In this document: in pieces, positions 6,740-13,017 of the stretch
Layout of the letters: each line of letters begins with the position of its first letter
Numbering within the stretch: position 1 is the stretch's first letter
The notes under the pieces: generated by a model
Told to the model about the DNA's origin: nothing
Database searches by the model: none
Seen by the model: the letters and a program-made list of their open reading frames with translations, nothing else
Made by a program: the position numbers and the translations under genes
NCBI GenBank assembly: GCA_046485285.1
Contig: JAWOHE010000046.1
Span: 1 to 18,000, forward strand
DNA from: a bacterium
GTDB taxonomy: Bacteria; Hydrothermota; Tepidihabitantia; Tepidihabitantales; Tepidihabitantaceae
Length of the DNA: 18,000 nt
Direction: 5' to 3'

Positions 6740-9447
6740 ATGCCCTCGGCGACGACAAACGCCTCAGGGGTAGGCAACTTATCCCACCAGCCGCAAGGCC
6801 CAGGAACGTTACGGAGATTGTCGTTACTGCCGGTATGTGCTCGGGCTGCGGAGTTTGCGCTGGTGTTTGTCCAGCTGGCTGCCTGGAGATGCGGATGGTT
6901 AGCGGCAAGTACCGTCCCAGCCTGGTCGGGAGGTGCTCTGCCTCCTGTGGAGCCTGCCTAAGCGCCTGCCCCTTCTGCGACCACGAGTTGCTGCGAGACG
7001 GTCTGGCCAAGAACCTGTTTGGCCAACTGCAACACGCTGGCCATGACGGAGCGGTCGGATACTACCTGAAGGCCTACATTGGTCACTCTTCGGTTGCCGA
7101 CCAGCGCGCGCGCGGCGCGTCGGGCGGAATGGCGACTTGGCTTCTTGAACGCCTGCTGGAATCGGGTCAGGTGGACCGGGTCATCACGGTGGGAGCAGTG
7201 CAGGAACGGGGCCAGCCCCTGTTCCGGTATGAGGAGCACGCGGATGCGGAACAGGTACGTGCGGCAGCAGGCTCCAAGTACTACCCGGTCGAGGTGTCAA
7301 GAACCCTTCGGGACATCTGGCAGGATTCGGCGGACCATCGATTCGCAATTGTGGGGCTGCCCTGTGTTGTGCAGGGCGTGCGTCGCGCCATGACGAGGCA
7401 CCCGCGACTAGCGAGGCGCGTGCGCTACCTGCTGGGGCTTGTCTGCAACCACTGTCCGGCAAGCTACTACACCGAGTTGCTGTGCGGTCTGGCAGGCGTG
7501 GCGAACTCGGGTGTCCGCACGGTGGCCTACCGGCAGAAAGGGGTCGAGAGCGCTATTGACTACCGGTTTCAGGCCATGACGAACGACGGCCGCTGGTCGC
7601 GTTCGGTCGGCTTCCAGGGCTGGCCAAGCCGCTTCTGGAACAAGCAGTTCTTTGCCTACAACGCGTGCAGCTACTGCGACGACCTCTTCGCGGAGACGGC
7701 CGACGCGGCTTTCATGGATGCGTGGCTGAAGGAATCCCTGCCCGAGACACGAGGTACTTCCATCGTCGTTGTCCGCAACGCGGAATTGCAGAAGGTTCTG
7801 GACAGCGGGTGTCGTGACGGCCTTTGCGAACTGCGGACGTGCCCGGTCGAGACCGTCCTTGCCAGCCAGAAGAACCAGGTGAAGCGCAAGAAGCAGAGCA
7901 TTCGCCATCGCGTGTTTCTTAGGACTCGTTCGGGAGGGTGGCTGCCGAGGATGCAGGTCGAGGCTTCGCGGGAAGTCAGCAAAGCTGATTTGCGCTCGGC
8001 CCGGGAGGAGGCGCTCGTTGTTCGCTACAGCAGCAGGCTCTGGCCCCTGTTCCGGCGAATGCCCGCACGGCTCCTGCCAGCATTTTACCGGGTCGTCTGT
8101 CTGGTGTCCGGCGCTGGGACGGGTATGCTGCGTGGCACACCGAGGTCCATAGTGGGGAGGGTTCTGAAGGCGCTAGGTCTGTACCCCGCTGCGGCTAGGC
8201 TGAAGAACCATTTCCTCGTGAAGTCCGCGTTCGCGAAGGCCCGTTTGGCGCGCAAGGGCCGACCGGCGAGACCGTCCGGCCTGACTGGCGAGTCCGTGCT
8301 GTTCCTGCCTCCGTCTTCGCCCGGAAGCCTCGGGGACGAGGCCATCGAGACGGCGTTTGTGGCCGAGCTGAGGGCCAGAGGTGTAGGGGAAGTCGCTGCA
8401 ATATCCTACACAGCCAAGGACGATTGGGGACATCTGGGCCTGACTCCAAGTCACCTCACTTGGCATGATTACTCCCGTGCTCCTGGCACACTCAAGCGGT
8501 ACGACCGTTTCTACGTCCTGGGCACAGACGTAATGGACGGTACATACTCAGAGGAACGCACGCTGGCCCGCTTACGCTGGGCGTCTTTGGCGGCGACTGC
8601 GGGTCTGCAGACCGCCATCGTCAATTTCAGCTTCAAGGAAGGGCCGAACGAGACGGTCGTGCGGGCGTTTCAACGCCTGCCATCCGGAGCGCGGCTAGTC
8701 GCACGCGACCCGACAAGCCGGGCTCGGCTGCAACAGTACTTGGGGCGTCCTGTTGGACTCTCTGCCGACGTAGCCTTCTTGCTCAAGGAGGACGCTGCTG
8801 CCCGGGTCGTCGCCAATGCCAGGTCCTTCGTGTGTCTACAAAGGAAGGAGAGCAGAATCCTTGTCGGGGTCAATGTCAACCCTCAAGTGCTCGGAAGAAA
8901 CCCAGACGATCCTGCAGTCAAGCGATTGGCCAATGTCTACGCAGACACCATCATCAGGCTGTTCAGGCTTGACGCGGGAAGGTACGGCTTTGTCTTCTTG
9001 CCACACGATTTCCGAGGCACGCCCAGTGATCTGTCTTTGTCTGACGACGTACTCAGTTTGCTGCCTGATGGCGTGAAACAGCATTGTCTGTTGCCGGGCA
9101 CACCATACAGAGCCGCCGAAGTCAAGGCGATTTGTGGCGGATTGGATGTAATCCTGAGTGGGAGGATGCATGTGACGATCCTGGGCCTGAGTCAGGCAGT
9201 GCCGGTTGTCAGCGTCACGTATCAAGGCAAGTTCGAAGGTCTGTACGAGCATTTCGAGTTAGCTGGTCTTACAGCGTCACCTGCTGAAGCTCTACAGCCG
9301 GGGAGTCTGTTCACGCTGGTCAAGCAGGCAATTGACAGAAGAGAAATGCTGGGACGGCAGATAGAAGAGAAGTTGCCTCTAATCAGAAGTCTGGCTGAAA
9401 ACAACTTGGCTGCCACCAGGCTCTCTGAACCGGGCGATGGTTGTTAG
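6721..9447 (+). CDS. Fusion: 2x[4Fe-4S] ferredoxin + coenzyme F420 hydrogenase/dehydrogenase beta-subunit (FrhB/FdhB)-like domain + polysaccharide pyruvyltransferase (WcaK-like) domain
   Basis: N-half: CSGCGVCAGVCP, CSASCGACLSACP, GASGGMAT, GSKY, VGLPC, GLVC, CSYCDD, ADAAFMDAW. C-half (from ~8290): GSLGDEAI, GTDVMDGTY, ARDPTS, SADVAFLL, FLPHD, SGRMHVTILGLSQAVPVVSVTYQGKF. Single open frame; the start could be TTG 6721 or GTG 6733. Confidence 0.88.
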   Translation: MEPAVLNALGDDKRLRGRQLIPPAARPRNVTEIVVTAGMCSGCGVCAGVCPAGCLEMRMVSGKYRPSLVGRCSASCGACLSACPFCDHELLRDGLAKNLFGQLQHAGHDGAVGYYLKAYIGHSSVADQRARGASGGMATWLLERLLESGQVDRVITVGAVQERGQPLFRYEEHADAEQVRAAAGSKYYPVEVSRTLRDIWQDSADHRFAIVGLPCVVQGVRRAMTRHPRLARRVRYLLGLVCNHCPASYYTELLCGLAGVANSGVRTVAYRQKGVESAIDYRFQAMTNDGRWSRSVGFQGWPSRFWNKQFFAYNACSYCDDLFAETADAAFMDAWLKESLPETRGTSIVVVRNAELQKVLDSGCRDGLCELRTCPVETVLASQKNQVKRKKQSIRHRVFLRTRSGGWLPRMQVEASREVSKADLRSAREEALVVRYSSRLWPLFRRMPARLLPAFYRVVCLVSGAGTGMLRGTPRSIVGRVLKALGLYPAAARLKNHFLVKSAFAKARLARKGRPARPSGLTGESVLFLPPSSPGSLGDEAIETAFVAELRARGVGEVAAISYTAKDDWGHLGLTPSHLTWHDYSRAPGTLKRYDRFYVLGTDVMDGTYSEERTLARLRWASLAATAGLQTAIVNFSFKEGPNETVVRAFQRLPSGARLVARDPTSRARLQQYLGRPVGLSADVAFLLKEDAAARVVANARSFVCLQRKESRILVGVNVNPQVLGRNPDDPAVKRLANVYADTIIRLFRLDAGRYGFVFLPHDFRGTPSDLSLSDDVLSLLPDGVKQHCLLPGTPYRAAEVKAICGGLDVILSGRMHVTILGLSQAVPVVSVTYQGKFEGLYEHFELAGLTASPAEALQPGSLFTLVKQAIDRREMLGRQIEEKLPLIRSLAENNLAATRLSEPGDGC

Positions 9448-9552
9448 CGCCAAAGAACCTGGCCCGGCCCCGGAGACCCCTGGCCGGGGGCGCTTCCGTA
9501 GCCCTCCTGTTAGCGGTCGCCGGGCAACCCAGCCGACCACCTCGACACGCGT

Positions 9553-10623
9553 ATGAATGCACCGCCGCTCTCCGTGGCCTTCTTTCCGGATGGCCGGGGG
9601 TGGCGTGAGAATCCTTATCTGGATCTCCTTGAAGCTGGCCTGCGGGATGTCGGGGTAGAGGTCTGCCCGGCACGGGTTAACAGCCCGCTTGTGGGCTGGC
9701 TGAAGGAGAATCGCCGCCGGGTTGACGTCCTGCACTTCCACTGGCTACACCACATCTACAACCGAAGGACCTATCGTGATTCGTTGCTGCAGGTGCTCAG
9801 ATTCGCGGCGCAGTTGGCCTATGCTCGCCGGCTCGGCTATAGAGTCGTTTGGACGGTGCACAACCTGTACCCTCACGAGCGGCCCTGGCCGCACCTCGAC
9901 CGCTGGGTGCGACGGCTGATGGTGCGATACTCCCAGGCCATCCTTGTCCACTGCGATGCCGCCCGGGAAATGGTTCAGCACGAGTTCCGGCCGCGTTCGC
10001 GAATCCACGTGGCTCCCCTGGGGAGCTACATCGGGGCGTATCGCCGGCGAGTCGCCAGAACCGCGGCCCGCCGGTGGCTCGGAGTCCCCGAAGGCAGTAT
10101 CGTCCTGCTACACCAAGGTGGCCTGCGTCCGTATAAGGGGTTGGAACAGCTCGTCCGCACCTTGGACGACATTCCGGACCCGAGGCTGGTGCTGGTGATT
10201 GCCGGGAAGGCGCACGGCGTCTACAAACTGGCGGCGACTCTCGCTGAGCGGCTCGTGCGGGATCGCCGGCTGATACTCAGGGAAGGCTGGATTCCGGACG
10301 ACGAACTGCCCGGCTACTTCGCGGCGGCCGACGCGGTCGTCTGCCCGTTCGAGGCGGTCCTGACCTCGAGCTCGGTGATGCTCGCGCTGTCACTCGGCCG
10401 CCCGGTCGTCGCGCCGGCGCTCGGTTGTCTCCCGGAACTCGTTCCCCCGGACGCCGGGATCCTCTACGACCCGAACGACCCCGCGGGCCTGCGCGACGCG
10501 CTCCTGCGCTGCGCGGCCGCGGACCTCGCGGTGATGGGCGAGCGGGCGTACCGTGTCGCGCAGACGCACACCTGGGCCGCCGCGGCCCGGGTAGTGCTCA
10601 AGGCATACACGGGGCAGGGATGA
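9553..10623 (+). CDS. Glycosyltransferase family 4 (GT-B)
   Basis: ENPYLDLL, DVLHFHW, VVWTVHNLYPHE, GGLRPYKGLEQL, YFAAADAVVCPF, LTSSSVMLALSLGRPVVAPALGCLPEL, TWAAAAR. Confidence 0.92.
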   Translation: MNAPPLSVAFFPDGRGWRENPYLDLLEAGLRDVGVEVCPARVNSPLVGWLKENRRRVDVLHFHWLHHIYNRRTYRDSLLQVLRFAAQLAYARRLGYRVVWTVHNLYPHERPWPHLDRWVRRLMVRYSQAILVHCDAAREMVQHEFRPRSRIHVAPLGSYIGAYRRRVARTAARRWLGVPEGSIVLLHQGGLRPYKGLEQLVRTLDDIPDPRLVLVIAGKAHGVYKLAATLAERLVRDRRLILREGWIPDDELPGYFAAADAVVCPFEAVLTSSSVMLALSLGRPVVAPALGCLPELVPPDAGILYDPNDPAGLRDALLRCAAADLAVMGERAYRVAQTHTWAAAARVVLKAYTGQG

Positions 10624-10851
10624 TTGCGGGCATCGTCGTCACGCACAATCCCGTCGTCGCCTGCGACCCCCTTGGTGCCTACCGCCATTCCCGTCCTCAC
10701 TCGCGTGAGCGCGGCCGGTCGTGCCCTCATCGCGCGGGATTGCACCTGGGAATCAGCGGCCCGAAAGCTGGAGAGCATGCTCCAAGACGCCATCCAGGTG
10801 TTTGACAACCGGGAAGGAACCCGAGAACATTATCAGAGTGCAACCTCTTAG
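10620..10851 (+). pseudogene. Remnant of an internally deleted glycosyltransferase (probably GT4)
   Basis: ATG 10620 overlaps the previous TGA (ATGA) and reads MIAGIVVTHNP. A different frame ends ...SAAGRALIARDCTWESAARKLESMLQDAI..., a typical GT4 C-terminal helix, with its stop at 10851. Confidence 0.55.
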
Positions 10852-10917
10852 CCCCGACAGACAGACGGTTCACAAGGTGGGACTAATCCTCGGGCAAGCA
10901 CCAGGAGGAAAAAGGGG

Positions 10918-11931
10918 ATGACTGAGGACACACCCGCGGTCTCGGTCGTCATCCCGCTCTACAACAAGGAACGCCACGTCGCGCGGGCGGTCCGGTCGGT
11001 GCTCGGTCAGACCTTCGGCGACTTCGAGCTCATCATCGTCAACGACGGCTCGACCGACGGCAGCGCCGAAAAGGTCCGCGCCTTCGACGACCCGCGCATC
11101 CGCCTGCTCGCCCGCGAGCACGTCAACAGCGCTGGCGGCCACGCGGCGAGGAACCTCGGCATCGCCGAGGCGCGCGCCGACCTCGTCGCCTTTCTCGACG
11201 CTGACGACGAGTGGCTGCCGGATTATCTGCAGACTGTTGTTTCACTTGTTGGCAAATTCCCCGATGCCGCAGCTTGGTCAACTACCTACTATCGAATCTC
11301 CCCGGACGGAATCCTGGATGAGTGGCAGCCAAAGCTCTCGATTCTGGAAGGCGACCGCAGTGCCGGAATCGTCGACATCTTCCCCCATAACTCAAGACCA
11401 TTCTGTACCGATTCCATAGTTATTTGGAAGGATGCCCTCGTCTCCATCGGGGGATTCCCGGAGGGCGTGGCGAACGGCGGAGACGTCGATACGTGGTACA
11501 GGTTGGCATTTCGCCATCGCATAGCGTGTCACGCGAAGCCTAAGGTCAAGTATTACAGGAATGCGGTTAACCGTATCGATGAAAGAGACTGCGTTTGGGT
11601 GGGGGTTCGGCCATACTTCAATAGCCTTCGGGAATTCATGCGTGAAAAGGGAGGCCAAGGCGAAGTGCTGGAGGGCGTAGTCGATTCCATCATGAGGCAA
11701 CACTATTCCTGTTTCAAGTCGAATTTGGACGCGGGTAACCGCACCGCTGCACTGCGAGTAGCCTGTGACTTCGTGCGTATGAAGGGGTTCGCCTCTCAGG
11801 GTCTTGCCATGATGCTCGCCAGTCTTCCGCCATCTTGGCTTACCCGTCCACTACTGCAGTTGAGGAGATTCATCAAGTACCGCAGCTGGGGACGGCCGGA
11901 GACTGGCAGGATTCGCAGAATCTACCCTTGA
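10918..11931 (+). CDS. Glycosyltransferase family 2 (GT-A)
   Basis: VSVVIPLYNKE, IIVNDGSTDGS, AARNLGI, AFLDADDEW, IGGFPEG, GGDVDTWYRL; purine-rich RBS upstream. Confidence 0.93.
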   Translation: MTEDTPAVSVVIPLYNKERHVARAVRSVLGQTFGDFELIIVNDGSTDGSAEKVRAFDDPRIRLLAREHVNSAGGHAARNLGIAEARADLVAFLDADDEWLPDYLQTVVSLVGKFPDAAAWSTTYYRISPDGILDEWQPKLSILEGDRSAGIVDIFPHNSRPFCTDSIVIWKDALVSIGGFPEGVANGGDVDTWYRLAFRHRIACHAKPKVKYYRNAVNRIDERDCVWVGVRPYFNSLREFMREKGGQGEVLEGVVDSIMRQHYSCFKSNLDAGNRTAALRVACDFVRMKGFASQGLAMMLASLPPSWLTRPLLQLRRFIKYRSWGRPETGRIRRIYP

Positions 11932-11932
11932 A

Positions 11933-12968
11933 ATGGCTGCGGCAACCTGCCCAATATCCGTCGTCATCCCGCTCTATAACAAGGTCAACCACATCCAGCG
12001 GGCCCTGGACTCGGTCCTGGCGCAGGCGTTCCGTGACTTCGACGTCATCGTCGTCAACGACGGCTCTACCGACGGGTCGGAGAGGATTGTCGGGAGTTGC
12101 ACCGACCCTCGGGTCCGCCTTGTCCATCAGCCGAACGCCGGGGTCAGCGCCGCCCGCAACCGGGGCATAGCCGAGTCCCGCGCCGACCTCGTCGCCTTCC
12201 TCGACGCCGACGACGAATGGCTGCCCGCGCCTTCGGCGCGGGGCAGAGGAGAAATTCCTTCTGGATTCCGGGACGGACTCCCGGCGCGCAGCGCCGGGGT
12301 TCCTCGCCGCCATCATCGGCCTCCGCCGGGAGTTCCCGGACTGCGGGGCCTACGCCACCGCGCGCTCTGTCGTCGAGCCGGAGGGCCGGCGCTGGGCCCC
12401 CATCTTCACCGGCATCCCGGCGCCGCCCTGGGAAGGAATCATCCCCAACTACTTCCATTCCGCCGACGAGTTCCCCGTCTGCTCGTCGGCGGTGGCCGTG
12501 CCCCGGGCCGTCCTCGACGCCGTCGGCGGGTTCCCGGTCGGTGTTGCCTACGGCGAGGACACCGATACCTGGTGCCGGATTGCCCTGCGCTACCCGATTG
12601 CCTTCAACAGCCGGCCGCTCGCGGTCTATCACAAGGACGCCGACGAGCGGGCCTGCGACCGCGTGCGGCCGCTGGAGCACCCGATCATCAGGACGCTCGA
12701 GGCCGCGATCGCTGCCGGCGCCCTGCCCCCGGGCGTGCCGGTCGAGGACCTGGTCGAGTACAGGAACAGGTGGCGCATCCACGCCGCGGTAGCCTGCCTC
12801 CGCGCCGGGCTTCGCCCGGAAGCCAGGACCCACCTCCGCGCCGCGGCCTCGACCCGGCGCTATCGCGCCGAGTGGCGGCACCTGCGTCTCCGTTCCCGGG
12901 TCCCGGCACCGCTGTGGAACTGGGCCCGGCAGGTCAGGCTGTCCATCGTGAGGAACGCCCGTGCTTGA
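11933..12968 (+). pseudogene. Glycosyltransferase family 2 interrupted and frameshifted by a 70-bp insertion
   Basis: The N-terminal frame gives ISVVIPLYNK...AFLDADDEWLP. The GT2 sequence resumes in the +1 frame as PGFLAAIIGLRREFPDCGAYAT...VCSSAVAVPRAVLDAVGGFPVGVAYGEDTDTWCRIALRYPIAF, with its stop at 12968. Removing 12226-12295 restores DDEWLPGFL. Confidence 0.88.
12226..12295. mobile_element. 70-bp double-hairpin intragenic insertion (REP/MITE-like)
   Basis: Hairpins cccgcgcc-ttc-ggcgcggg (12224-12242) and cccggcgc-gca-gcgccggg (12280-12298); GCC is repeated at both junctions (12223-12225, 12293-12295). Confidence 0.75.
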
Positions 12969-12978
12969 GCAGTTCGGG

Positions 12979-13007
12979 TTGTGCGGCCGGCTGAATTCGG
13001 CTACGCT
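12979..13007 (+). promoter_or_regulatory. Possible internal promoter for the asnB-like gene
   Basis: TTGTGC (12979-12984), 17 nt, TACGCT (13002-13007), 10 nt before ATG 13018; no SD. Overlaps the hairpin ggctac-gct-gtagcc. Confidence 0.4.
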
Positions 13008-13017
13008 GTAGCCCGAT

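Noticed and set aside
6721-7960. Methanogen-type F420 hydrogenase / energy metabolism
   Set aside because: No FrhA/FrhG or maturation genes; the domain is fused to a glycan enzyme within a polysaccharide operon.
9448-9552. Weak hairpins in the intergenic gap as a terminator
   Set aside because: Imperfect stems, no U-tract, and expected by chance at this GC content.
12218-12298. Bulge-helix-bulge (archaeal-type) intron for the 70-bp insert
   Set aside because: The junctions can pair (gctgc/gcagc, gcgcc/ggcgc) but not in 3-4-3 geometry, and canonical cuts would remove 69 nt rather than 70.
12227-12994. 353-aa ORF 11933-12994 as a genuine full-length protein
   Set aside because: After DDEWLP it is an Arg/Pro/Gly-rich off-frame read; GT2 motifs continue in the +1 frame.
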